From the NCBI GenBank assembly GCA_001643675.2, contig LSRY02000001.1, positions 1,860,001-1,924,000 on the forward strand: a DNA stretch of 64,000 bases, written 5' to 3'. This document shows, in pieces, positions 39,250 to 51,600 of the stretch (its first letter is position 1; each line of letters begins with the position of its first letter). This DNA comes from Monocercomonoides exilis PA203 (taxonomy: Eukaryota > Protista > Preaxostyla). The notes beneath the pieces are model-generated. The model was not told where the DNA came from. It did no database searches and was given only the letters and a program-made list of their open reading frames with translations. Position numbers and translations under genes: made by a program.

Positions 39250-40584
39250 TTTTTTATTAAAGAATTATTTTCCGAGCTTGAAGATTGCAATGAGGATGAA
39301 CAGAAAGTGAAAATTGAAAAAATGAATGAAGCGATGGACGAGATGGACGAAGAAGAACTTGAATGTGTGGTCACAGCAGAAGTGTTCAATGGAATATTCG
39401 AAATGATTGAAGAAAAGAAACTGACTTTGGAGAATGCATTTCTGTTGTTGAAGCATATCGGATCTTCGAATGCATTGAAATCCATGAGTGTTTGTGGATT
39501 TGGAAATTCTTCATTGGGTGAGAGATTTGAAGAGATGATTGTCGAGGAAGAAAAGAAAAAAGAGAAAAGAAATGAAAAGTTTCTGACAGATCTTTGTGAG
39601 TGCCATCTCATGCTGAAAGACAAATTCTTGTTTAATCTGCTTTCAATCTGTGTGTCCTGTCTTCTGAAAGTTGGCTTGAGCAAAGAGGAAAAGGAGGGAG
39701 ATGGGAAAGAAGTGGAAACATCACTGTTGACTTTGAGCAGTGTTGGCATGCTCACAGTGTGGTATTGTGTTGTGAATAATCATTGATTGATAATTCTTGT
39801 GTTTGTTTTTCAGAAAATTCCAGAAGAATTGTATTTGAGTGAGATGAAAGAAATTATTCAGCATCATCAGGAACATCACAACCTCACTCCACTTGCGCAT
39901 CAGTCTGCCTGGCAGTTTTTGATGAACAGATTATTTTTCAATGGAGTATTGGAAAAAGTGATGACGGATGAGCTGCATTTTGTGAAGGAAGCTTCAAGAG
40001 AAATGGACGAGCTGTCAAAGTGTGTGGATTGGAAGAGAAAAGAAGAGAAAAGAGGAGGAAAGAGGAGGAAAGGGGGTGAAAGAAGGAATTGTTTTGAGGA
40101 GATGGCTCTTCACATTGTTCGATTTCTTCTATTCCTGCCACTTGTGGGATGACGAATATTCCGAGCTTGTCGGCTGCGTTGTTCGGGTGTTTCGGTCAGC
40201 GAAGGACAATCACAGGAAATACAGCATGAAATGCATTGTTTTGCTGAAAGCATCATCTGAAAAGAGGGCAGTGAAGATGGTGGGTTGTTGAAAGGTGGAG
40301 CAGATGATGCTGTTTTGGAGGGAATTCGGCTGCCAACAATGGATAACGAAATGGCATATGACTGCTTGAGGTTCTTCATGAATGTTTGTGATCGATTGAA
40401 ATCGAAAGATGATGAAGCTGGTGAAGCGAAAGGAAAAGGGTTGAAAAGGAAAGTGGTTGAAACGATGGAAGAAGAAGGATATGAAGATGTAATCACAAGC
40501 TTTCATGAAATGATTCCCTTTCTGAATGATGAATGTTATTGTGAACTGTCATTGAGCATTGATGATTATTTTGTGAATATCTGA
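39250..40584 (+). pseudogene. Multigene family copy 4, with frameshifts
   Basis: LFSELEDCNEDEQKVKIE...LLKHIG...DLCECH...EVETSLLTLS, intron ending at 39813, KIPEELYLSEMKEIIQHHQEHHNLTPLAHQSAWQFL. Frame changes near 40060 (GAGGAGGAAA duplication) and near 40280; ends DDYFVNI*. Confidence 0.85.
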
Positions 40585-41761
40585 GGGCATGGGGCTCTTC
40601 TCATTTCATTTCTCTGAATTCCAATTTCTGAGTCTTTTTTTGTTTTTTGAATCACCTCTCCGCTTGTGAACAAAACATTTGAAGAATAACGATTTTTCAT
40701 TTTTTGAGAGTTCAACATGCGAGTTCGAAACGGAAGCTTCCAAAACATCACATGACCACGAAACAATCGCTCAATACAATTTGACTTCTTCGTTGTTCAC
40801 ATTTGATAAATGACGAAATGACTTTTTTTCTTCAATGGAAAAGCTGAAAAACAATTGTTTATTTGATAATTTGTTTTTTCTCAAAACTTTTATTCATTCT
40901 TTGAAAAGTCTCGATTTGAAAAATATCTTTGAAAAAAACAGTTCACATGCGCCCTCGAGAAGAAAGTTTCAAAACAATCATTTGCATCACTTTCTTTATT
41001 TTTTTGACTGCTATTTTTTCTCAAGAAATGAAATTTATGTTTTGATATTCTAAAATTGTGCTATTTCAACAAAGTGAATTGTTGATTGGAACCTGATAAA
41101 TATAAAAATTCCAATTATTAAGACTTTCGATTGAACTTTCATATTTGTATTAACAGTTTGAAACCTTCAAAACAAAACTTTGTTCCATGACAAAGGGAAA
41201 AATATCTGTTTGTTGATTATCAGATATTGAGATCGAATTTTTTATTGTTTTTTTGTGATCAAAGATTTGTTTGTATTTCCATGAGATTCTTATAAAAAAA
41301 ATATTATTGAGTCTTTTCGATAGAAGACAGACAAATATTATTCTAATTTGTGTGTGATTATTTTTTGAAATCCGAACTTTTTTCGGACTGTTGATTCTTC
41401 AAGGGTTTGTTTCTTTGGAGAGAAATTATTCATTCAATTGAGTAAAACATGATAATTATTCAAAATGGAGATGTTTGAGAAAATGCTCATAAAAATTCGC
41501 ATATGTTTTGTTGATAAATGAAATGAATATCTTATATTTCTACAATTTTGTTGTTCCCAATCAAGAAATTTCAGTTGAAAAGAAATACACAATAAACAAA
41601 GGTATCATATCCATTCAAGTGAATGTTTGCGAGTGGGAACAATAATCTAATCAAGATATATTTTTTTTAATGTTATATCAAGTATTTAACGTCTGCAATT
41701 TTCCAAAAAGAGAAATCCATTTATTTTTTTAACAAAGAAAAGAGTTGATAAAGACCAGATT

Positions 41762-41863
41762 TAGTCAAAATTGGATATAATCACATCTGTTTTTGCACAA
41801 CTTATAGTGACTATATCCGATTGTGATTATATGAGATACCTATTTACGCAGAAAAATAAAAAC
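41762..41863. mobile_element. Truncated left end of the 13132-type CAGT MITE
   Basis: TAGTCAAAATTGGATATAATCACATCTGTTTTTGCACAACTTATAGTGACTATATCCGATTGTGA aligns with 13132-13230. Confidence 0.85.
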
Positions 41864-41865
41864 TA

Positions 41866-42222
41866 CAGATATCGCTCAAAATACCGGACAAGATCGATTT
41901 CTCAATAACCGCAAGGAACAATTCTGGTAATTTTCCTCAAAATATATCTCATCAACACGAACTCAATTGATCAACGAGACTTTCAAAATAGTCTTATTTG
42001 TGCTCAGAGAAAATTATTATTAATATTTCGGAGAAATAGAGTTTTAAGTTTCTCCGAGATTTCAATCATTTATTTTTTCTGAACACAAATGAAGCTATTT
42101 TTAAAGTCTCGTTTATAAATTGAATTTGAATTGATGAGATATATTTTGAGGAAAATTGTCAGAATTATTCCTCTTGCAGTTGTTGTGAAATCGACCTTGT
42201 CCTGTATTTTGTGCGATATCTG
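41866..42222. mobile_element. Almost fully palindromic MITE (~170-bp arms), TA TSD
   Basis: TA|CAGATATCGCTCAAAATACCGGACAAGATCGATTTC ... GAAATCGACCTTGTCCTGTATTTTGTGCGATATCTG|TA; the arms pair nearly to the centre at ~42040. Confidence 0.9.
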
Positions 42223-42321
42223 TATGTCAATATATGTGCTGTCGCTTTTTTTTGTTCATTATCAAAATTGTCAAACCGAAATTTTTGTTCGGAAAATAAT
42301 GATTTTTTATAAATAACACAT

Positions 42322-42560
42322 GGGTGATTGTTTTTGAAACCATGTTATTTCATTCAAAGTTTTCTGTTCGAAAATTTCAATTGAATATAAACAAAAAACA
42401 CTGAAAATAGAAAAGGCTTCTTGAAGACATCTTCATCTTTATTTGAGTAAAAACAGTTGTATTGAATTTAGTATTTGAATTCAAAATCACTTCCAGATAA
42501 CAAACAACCTTTGAAAAAACAATACTCTGGAAAAAGTAATGATTTCAAAAAGAATCACCC
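42322..42560. mobile_element. Second, more diverged copy of the GGGTG MITE
   Basis: ACAT|GGGTGATTGTTTTTGAAACCAT ... ATGATTTCAAAAAGAATCACCC|ATGT; internal CATCTTCATCTTTATTT and ATTTGAATTCAAAATC are shared with 14446-14701. Confidence 0.88.
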
Positions 42561-42902
42561 ATGTATTTTATTTTAAACTAAATATTTTTCTATTTCTCTT
42601 TCTTTTCTTTTTCTTTTCTTTTTCTTTTCTTTTTTTTTTTTTTAACAAAAGAATGAATAATTGTGTCTATAGCAAAAATCATCAAAATTTCAAAGACAAA
42701 TGGAACAAAATTCTTGAATTTTAGAAAAAATCAATGGTTTGTTCCAAACTTTTCTGCAATCGAATAATAATAATTCTTTCATTGTCATACAGCAAAAAAT
42801 TTAGTATTATTAAAAAGTCAAGAAAAATCTTTGAAAGAACAATGCGGAACAAAATTCATCAAACAAAAAATTTCGTCCTGTGTTGTCAAAATATTGGTTT
42901 CA

Positions 42903-45231
42903 CCCTTGGTGGAAAAAGCGGGAGTTTGTGGAAAAGCCGGTAGTTTGTGTTTTTCAAAACAGTTTCAAAAAAGAAAATACCCGTTTGTTCGACTTGAAAA
43001 CGATATTTTATATTCGTGAATGCCTTGTTCCTGTGATATTTGAGATTTTGTTTCAATATTTTTAGTCACAGATGTTTGCTTTGAGTTGTGGGTTCGTCTG
43101 AAGAAAAATCAAAAACCACGAAAAAGAATAACAATAATATTAAGAAAAAACCTGATATTAATTTGAAAGATGGATTTATTCAAAAAAATTATCTAATTTT
43201 TAGTTTTCTATTTTTTTCAGACTTTGCAAAATGATCAATTCAATTTTTGATCAAAAACATAATGATGGAATCATCAAAAAAAATATCTTCAAATTCTCTT
43301 CATCGACTATTAGCAACTTCCGAATATCGTCAGTTTTCATCACCTTCGCAGAAAGTTTTCGAAATAAAGAAGAAATATCCTTTATCGTGGAAGGTTGCCG
43401 TGGGGTCGCGTGCAATATCCAATGGAGCATAGGCAAGAGGGATAGCTGCTATCAAAGCAAAGCGTCAAGTCGGAAAAGCTGGACGGCCAACGATAATAAC
43501 CAAGAATCAACTTGAAAAGGTGGAGAATCAAACAATCGCTTTATTGTCTGAACAAAAAATAATTCGACTCAAGGATATACAATCGATGGTTTACAATCTT
43601 TTTAATTTGATTTTTTATTTATTTAGATTATTTAGATTCAAGAAGTGCTAGATTCTGAAGCAGTGAACGAAGAAGAAAAAAAGAAAGTCAATTCAAAATA
43701 TTCATATGATCTAATTAAAAGATGCTCCATTTTGAAAGCTTCTATTTCAAGGCCAATGGAAATAGCTAAGATTTGTGCACAATCCCCGGAAACAATACGT
43801 GCGTGGTTTGAAAAGTTGTCTGCCATAATCACAGCTAATGAAATTAATTCAACAGATATCTACAATTTCGACGAATCTTCCATCCGAGTTGGTGATGGAA
43901 CCACAAAACTTGTCATTTGTTTAAAGAATCAATTTCCTCCTGCTCCTTCATCTTTACCGAAAACTGAAAATGCAACAATTTGTGTTTGCATTTGTGCAGA
44001 TGGGTCACATCTGCCATTCTTTTTAATATATCCACGAAAAAAGAAACCTTCTGAATTTTCATTTCTTTCTTCGTTCAATGTGAATTATTTAGGATCCACA
44101 TCCGGATGGATTTCAACGGAAATATATCAACAAATAATGATAAAGGAGTGGATTCCTATGATAGCAGAAAAACGAAAATCATCAACATCAAAGAAATCAC
44201 TCATTGTTTTGGACAACCATCGAACGCACCATAATTCAGAAGTCAAAAAGTTTGCAGAACAGAACAATGTGATCATCGAATATTTCCCCCCAAATATGAC
44301 ACACCTCCTCCAGCCCTGTGACAATTGTGTTTTTGCTAGATTGAAACAAGTGCTACAAAACTCTTTCGTGAGACCAGTTAGTTTCTCAACTTCTTCGTTC
44401 AGAAAAGCCTTGGCAGACGTTCTGCCGGAAGCTTTGTCAGCAGCTACATCTCCTTCCGTTGTGAAAACAGCCTTCCTAAATACAGGTGTTTATCCTGTGG
44501 CTGCTGCACCTGTGTTGCATCGAGTGCGCGGTGCTCCATTATCTTCAGAAAAATCGACGTCATTAAATTTGTCCTCTCAAAACATGAAGAAAAGCTTATT
44601 CAAAGAATTTTCTCCAAAAGAAAATCGCCAAATGAAGGAGAAATGCAATGAAAAGCATGAGACTGAAATGAGGATAAAAGAAGAAATTAAAGAAAATTGT
44701 TCTATTAACAAAGAAGTTGAAAAAGAAGAACAGAAAGCGATTAATGAACCACTTTGTGTGAAGAAAAAGATAATAAGGCAAAGAAGAAAAAAGATAGATG
44801 ATGATTTTATGTATGGTAATGAAATAAGTTGTGTATTCAATAGCGAAGAAACTGAAACAAAGGATTCCAGAGCCAAGCTGAGTTCGCTGAAAAGAAGAAT
44901 TATAGACGATGATTCAAATTCAGAGGAAATGAAAAAGACTGATAAATAAAAACTGTTTTTTTCATTTTTTAAAATCCGACCTTAAAGTTCAATTTTTTCT
45001 GAAATTTGTTCTTTTATCAATCAAAACATTTAAACATTTTTTATCAACAGCTTGCAATAATTAATACGTTATATCTGTTCGTTTTCTCTTTTTATAAACT
45101 CAAAAATTTGAAGAACGTAATCCAAATGGAATAAAAAAGGACTATTGTTCCAGAACGAAGATAGAAATTTACGTTACAGAATGTTTTTCACTACCGGGTT
45201 TTCCACAACCTCCCGGGTTTTCCACCAAGGG
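42903..45231 (+). mobile_element. pogo-superfamily (DD35D) DNA transposon, full length
   Basis: ~42-bp TIRs CCCTTGGTGGAAAAAGCGGGAGTTTGTGGAAAAGCCGGTAGT versus reverse-complemented CCCTTGGTGGAAAACCCGGGAGGTTGTGGAAAACCCGGTAGT; flanks CA/TA (TA TSD, one copy mutated); encodes a DDE_1-type transposase. Confidence 0.9.
43262..44949 (+). pseudogene. DDE_1/pogo transposase, 1 intron, single premature TAG
   Basis: Exon 1 (43262-43588) has GRPTII and an in-frame TAG at 43430-43432; intron 43589-43635; exon 2 has IYNFDES, CICADG, GWIS, LIVLDNHRTH and FPPNMTHLLQPCD (35 residues between D2 and D3). Confidence 0.88.
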
Positions 45232-45329
45232 TACTATTTTCATTAAAAAATCTTTGTTTGACTAAGATAATTTATATGCTTTTGAAAACACGAGTTTTAT
45301 AAAAGAAATTGATGATTGTAATTCTAATA

Positions 45330-47803
45330 TCATTTATAATTTTTTGAAAGCTTTGATATCATTTTTTGAGTTCTCTGTTCCACTTTTACACGAGGATTCT
45401 GTAAACAATCAATAAAGATAATAAAAACAATAAACAAGAATTTGTTTCGTTTGTTATTAAATAAAAGAATGTGACACACGACACAATCTTCAGATGATGG
45501 AGCAGGACGGCTCATGGCAACTTTGATCATTTCTGGAAACTTTCTTTCCATGGACTCAACAAATGGAATAAACCATTGTTGTATTGTTGTGGCTATTTGT
45601 GGTCGGATGCTTTGATTAATGAAATCCTCAATCTTCATTTAAGAAATATTAAACATATGAATTTTGGAATAAACAATAAAAATAATCAGTGGATAGTTTA
45701 ATATAAAACAATCAAATAAAAACAAGAATATTTATATGTATATTAATGCAAGTCAAATAATAGAAACCAAAATGCAATGACAATAACTCACAAAAAAAAC
45801 ATACCTCTGGATTGTTAAAAATCAGATTCGGACGCTCACCTTCTGAACAAAAACGCTTGTTATAAATTTCAAAGTGGCACTGTTTCACGCAAATCAGCGA
45901 TAACAGTATCAGAGACAGAAATTTCCAAACAAGTTATCAGAAAATTTTTATCAAACAGATTTTTTCAGTTGAAGTACACACACAGAAAGATTCAGAGGAA
46001 AATGAAAATCCTATTTCTCAAAGAATGCTTAGCACACCCTATCCAGAAACAGCCCACAGCTTGGCGCAAGAGGGATCGGCATTTCGCGATTGCTGAATGA
46101 AAGATCAAAATAATCATCGCTTGCAATGCCTCGAACGACAGCAATCATTGAACCAATCTTGAAGGAAACGAAAAATAAATAAATAAATAAATAAATAAAA
46201 CCAATAAGGAAAATAAAATAAATATATTAAAGAAATCAACGCAATGCGAAAGTGAATGCAATCATCTCCGATTCTAAAGCGCAAGATAACTCAACGCAAT
46301 CAGAAATGCCAGACAGTCAGAAAAAACACACACCATTTTCCGGATTTGATGGAGAATAAAGCTCTGTCCATCAATCGCAATTTCCACCATTTCCACTCCA
46401 TCCACCACAAAAGGATCGCTGCAGCTCATCTTCCGAATGACACGCTCGCAGCTGCGCCACGACTGCCTTCCCTTGGTGATGGTGTAATTGTGGTAATTCC
46501 TCGTCCCCACAAACTTGTCACACACAGACTGAATCTTCTGCTTCAGCTCGGGTGTGAATGCAAATGGCTTTGGAGAATGAGACAAGCCAGCAGTAAGCGA
46601 TGATGACGATGTTGTTGTTGATGCAGCTGCTGCATTTTCTTGCTTCTTTTTTCGTTCTGAAAGATACGCCTCAGCTTGTTCACGTGTTAAAAAGGGCTTG
46701 TTGTCATTTTTTGAGGAAGTTGGTTTTTGATTAATTGGAGAAGAAGAAGATGATGATGAGGACGAGGAAGATGGCAAAGTGCCACATGCTAAATCATTGG
46801 CAGAAGAACTCTCTTGCGAGCCTGATGTGTTTTGGCTTTGATCACAAGAAGTAGCTCTCTTCATTTTCTCACTTTCACTTTTTCCGATTTCGCCTTTTGC
46901 TTCATCAAATTTTTCTTTTTCTTCAATTGATTTTTTTTCTTTTTTCAAAGCAAACCTGCTACTGTCTCTTTTATTTCCTCTGCTATTTGATTCTTTGTCT
47001 ACTGATTCATCCTCGCTTTCTTCCCATTCCTTCGAATTATCTTCGTCATAGTCATCTTCAACTGTTTCACCAACAAGATGCGGAAACATTTCCAGATAAT
47101 CACTGAATCGTTCTGTATCAAAAGCAAATGTCGGAATAAGATATCGATAAGTTCTTCCCGAGCACCAATTCTTTGCGTTAAAGTGATCTGTAACTTTTCT
47201 AAATTCTTTTAAAATTGAAATTATAAACAAAAATTATAACTTTAAAATTGAAATGTAAATCATCAAGCTAACATACCAAAGCATCGAATATCTTTAGGCA
47301 GATTTTCATTGATTCTCTGTATCAATGTATCCGGCCTATCCAAAAGAAGCTACAGAATCATTATGTTAAATGATTATTTCTTCAATCAAACTGAAATTTC
47401 TTTTCAAACTTTAAATGTGACAATTTGCGCAGCTGCATGAACTCCTTTATCTGTACGAGCGCAGCGGCCCCATCCAACATTTGCAAACTTACCAGCATTT
47501 TGAGGACTAATTCCACCAGCTTCTGAAATTGCTTTTTCTAAAACGCCTTCAACTGTAACCGCACATGGATTTCTAATTCAAAACAAAATGATAACTAATG
47601 AATATAATTTCTCATACATTTGAAGGCCAGAATATTCTGTTCCGACGTATCCAAAGCATAATGCAACTCTCCTTTTCAATACTGAAACAATTGTTATCAT
47701 ATCCATTTTATTTCAAAAAACATTTAAAGCTCAGATGATCCAAACTCTTTCCTTCAGAAGCTTTTTGTTCGTTCTCTTTTAAAGATTTATTTTCATCTTC
47801 CAT
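45330..47803 (-). CDS. PUS1: tRNA pseudouridine synthase, TruA family (PUS1-like), multi-intron
   Basis: KRRVALCFGYVGTEYSGLQ, TVEGVL, RCARTDKGVHA, FNAKNWCSGRTYRYLIPT, FVGTRNYHNYT, GQSFILHQIRKM across GT-AG introns. Confidence 0.92.
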
Positions 47804-48673
47804 TTATTATGAAAAATATTAGAATGGGTGGAAATTAAAGAAGATTATTCAAAGTCGTTTGTTTTTCTATAATTAGTTCAACGGATGCATTACGGTCAAT
47901 GATGAAATGATTTCATAAATACTCCATTTTTTCTTTTATTTGATAAAAAAATTATTGGAAAAAAGAGCACAATTTTTTTTAGTTGAAGAGTGTTTTTGCA
48001 CAAGAAAGAATTTACGCAAAACAAAGTTTGAATGGAAGTGTACAAGAAACATATTTTAAAAAAGCTGTTAAGTTTTGATATGAAGAAAAAAAACTTAACG
48101 TCAAAAAATACAAAGAAAAGAAAAGGAAAGTAAAGTTAAGTAAAATATGTAATTGAAATTCATTTCCAAATAAAGAAAAGGCAAAGGCTGATAATTGAAA
48201 GGAAGCGCAAGAGGAAGACAAGACTTGAGTTTCCTCCAGCTCTTTCCTTCCTTCCGTCATTCCTTCATTCTCTTCTTTCTTGACTTAGGATAACAACAAC
48301 TACAATGATAATTATGATTATTTAAATTTTTATACCCTTCTCTATGTGCTGATAATTTTGACTGGCATTAAAAAAAAAATGAATGCTAATGAGAATATTC
48401 AAAGAAATAACCAGTAATTGATTAATTCTTTGATTGACTGATTGATTTATTGTGAGTGTGAGTGAGAGCAACAGAATAATACCTTTGGCATCTGAGTCAC
48501 ACAATCTTCTTTATTAGCTTGTAAAAATCCCTCTTCTCTTTCTCTTTTTCTTCTCTTTCCGTCTTTTTCTCTCTCATTTTCCTTCTCTCTTTCTCTTCCT
48601 CTTCCTCTTCTCCCCTTCTCTTTCTCCTTCCTTCCCCTTCTACTTCCTTCCTTCCTTCCTTTCCCTTCTTCTT

Positions 48674-51600
48674 CTACTTCGCCAGGAAGAACCCAGCAAC
48701 TGCAGCCACAACACCAGCCACTCCCACAGCTGCTGTCCCAATCACCTTCATCATCCCATTCTGCTTCTCTTCTTTCCCTTCTTTCCCTTTCTTCTTCCCT
48801 TTCCCTTTCTCCTCTTCTTTCTCCTGCTCCTTCTGCATCTTCAGCTTCAGCGCTTTCTTCTCTCTTCTTCTCTTCTTCGCCTCCAGTTTGGCTTTGATAA
48901 CTTCCTCCATCACATCTTCTTCTCTTTCATTCAAAGAAGAAGAAGAAGAAGAAGAGGAAGAGGAAGAAGAAGAAGCAGAAATTCCTTTGCCACTTCCTTC
49001 TGCTCTTTGCATCTTTGCTGCTTTCCTCTTCTCCTTCTCTATCATCTCCTCCATCTTCCTCCTTGCCTCTTCTTCCGCCTCTTTCTTCTTCTTCATCTCT
49101 TCTTCTTTCTTCTTCCTCCTCTTGATTTCTTCCTCTCTTTTCTTTGCCAGCACTTTCTCAATATTCTTCCCTCCGCTTGAAGCAGAGTTTGTTCCATATC
49201 CATCAGAAGAAGAAGGAGAAGGAGAACCAAATAATTTCTCCTCTTTTGCCCTCATCAGTTCTTCTCTTACTGGAGCAATAGCTGCCAATGCAAAGCTATC
49301 AAGCTTATAGTTCGGAAACAGCAAACTGACTGCTTTTTCCTTGTTGTTCTTCTTTTGAGAGCGAGAGGAAGAAGAAGAAGAAGAAGAAGATGATGATGAT
49401 GAGGAGGAGGAGGAAGAGGAAGAAACATTGTTATAACCACTTACCGAATCCGCCCCTGCATCTGTTTTTCCCTTTGAATTAAGTTCTTTTTGCTCTGCTT
49501 GAGACAAATACTCATCCAATTTGTGTCGAATTTCTGTTGCTTTTTCAATCTGCTGTGTGACACTTGGATCAACCTCTATGTCTTTAACGTCTTTGTCTTT
49601 CTTCGACCTCTTCTTCTTCTTTAATGAGGAAGAAGAAACAGAAGAAGATGTTGTTAATTCTGATGCTCCTTCTTGTGTTCCCCTCTTTCCAAACGGTGTG
49701 GGAGACGAAGAAAACAAGATAACTTGTTTTTTGTCTTCTGTTTTTGCCTCAACTTGCTCAAGATCCGGAATCTTCTTCAGATATTCAGATAGAGTTGGCT
49801 CACTTATAGGCTTCAGCAGAAGTTCTAATGGATCTGTTTCTTTGACTTCTTTAGCTTCTTTTGCTTTCTTCGCCTTCTTCTTTCGCTCTTCTTCTCTTTC
49901 TCTTTCTCTTTCTCTTTCTCTTTCTCTTTCTCTTTCTCTTTCTCTTTCTTCCTCTTCTTTTCTCTTCCTTTCTTCCTCTTCTTCTTTCCTTTTCCTCTCT
50001 TCCTCTTCCTCTTTTCTCTTCCTCTCCTCCTCTTCTTCTCTCCTCTTCCTCTCTTCCTCTTCTCTTCTCTTTCTTTCTTCTTCTTCCCTCTTCTTCTTCT
50101 CTTCTGCTTCACGTTTTAATCTTTCTTCTTCCTCTTTCTTCTTCTTCGCTTCTTCTGCTTTCTTTCTAATTTCTTCTCTTCTCTTCCTTTCTTTTTCCTC
50201 TTCTTCTTCCCTCTTCTTCTTCTCTTCTTCTTCTCTCTTCCTTTTCTCTTCTTCTTCCCTCTTCTTTTTCTCTTCTGCTTCTTTCTTCTTCCTTGCAATT
50301 TCTTCTTCTCTCTTCTTCTTCTCCTCTTCCTCCTTCTTCTTCCTCTCCTCTTCTTTCTTCCTCTTTTCTTCCTCTTTCTTCTTCTTCGCTTCTTCTGCTT
50401 TCTTTCTAATTTCCTCTTCCCTCTTCTTCTTTTCTTCTTCTTCCCTCTTCCTCTTCTCTTCTTCCTCTTTCTTCTTCTTCTCCTCTTCTTCTCTCTTCTT
50501 CTTCTCTTCCTCTAACTTCTTTTTAGCTTCTTCTGCTTTTCTTCTGATTTCTTCTTCTTTCTTCTTCCTTTCTTTCTCTTCTTCTTCCTCTCTTCTTCTT
50601 TTCTCTTCCTCTTCTTTTCTCTTTCTCTCTTTCTCCTCTTCCTCTTTTCGTTTTCTTTCCTCTTCCTCTTCCTTCCTCTTCCTCTCCTCTTCTTCCTTCC
50701 TCTTCCTCTTCTCTTCTGCTTCTTTCTTCCTCTCCTCCTCCTTCCTCTTCTTCTCTTCTTCCCTCTTCTTCTTCTCTTCTTCTGCTTTCTTTCTCATCTC
50801 TTCCTCTCTCTTCTTCTTTTCTTCTGCTTCCCTTTTCTTCCTCTCTTCTTCCTCTTTCCTCTTCTTCTCTTTCTCTTCCTCCTTCCTCTTCTTCTCCTCT
50901 TCCTCTTTCTTCTTTCTTTCTTCTTCCTCTTTCTTCTTCTTTTCAATTGCTTCTTGTCTCAATCTTTCTTCTTCTTCCTCTTTCTTCTTCCTCTCTTCTT
51001 CAAGCTTCTTCTTCGCTTCTTCTGCTTTCCTCTTAATTTCTTCAATTCTTGCTTTTTCTTCTTCTTCCTTCTTCTTCTTCTCTTCTTCTTCTTTCCTCTT
51101 CTTCTCTTCCTCCTCTTCTTTCCTCTTCCTTTCTTCCTCTTCCTCTCTCTTCTTCTTCTCTTCTTCTTCCTTCTTCAATCTTGCTTCTTCTTCTCTTTTC
51201 CTCTTCTCTTCCTCTTTCCTCTTCTTCTCTTCTTCTCTCCTCTTCTTCTCCTCTTCCACTTTCTTTTTCATTTCCTCTTCCCTCTTCTTCTTCTCTTCTG
51301 CTTCTTTCTTCTTTCTTTCTTCTTTCTCTTTCTTCTTCCTCTCTCTCTCTTCTTCTTCTTTCCTCTTCTTCTCTTTTTCCTCTTCCTCTTTCTTCTTCCT
51401 CTCTTCTTCTAACTTCTTCTTCGCTTCTTCTGCTTTTCTCTTTATTTCTTCAGTTCTTGCTTTTTCTTCTTCTTCCTTCCTCTTCTTCTCTTCTTCCTCT
51501 TTCTTTCTTTCTTCTTCTTTCTTTTTCTCCTCCTCTTCTTTCCTCTTCTTCTCTTTCTCTTCTTCCTCTTTCCGTTTTCTTTCTTCTTCTTCTTCTCTCT

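Noticed and set aside
34611-43432. TAA/TAG-to-Gln recoding (known in some oxymonads) as the explanation for in-frame stops
   Set aside because: Multi-kilobase ORFs here contain no TAR codons and use CAA/CAG for Gln, and TAA/TAG end the OTU, transposase and CBM20 genes. The isolated stops look like nonsense mutations.
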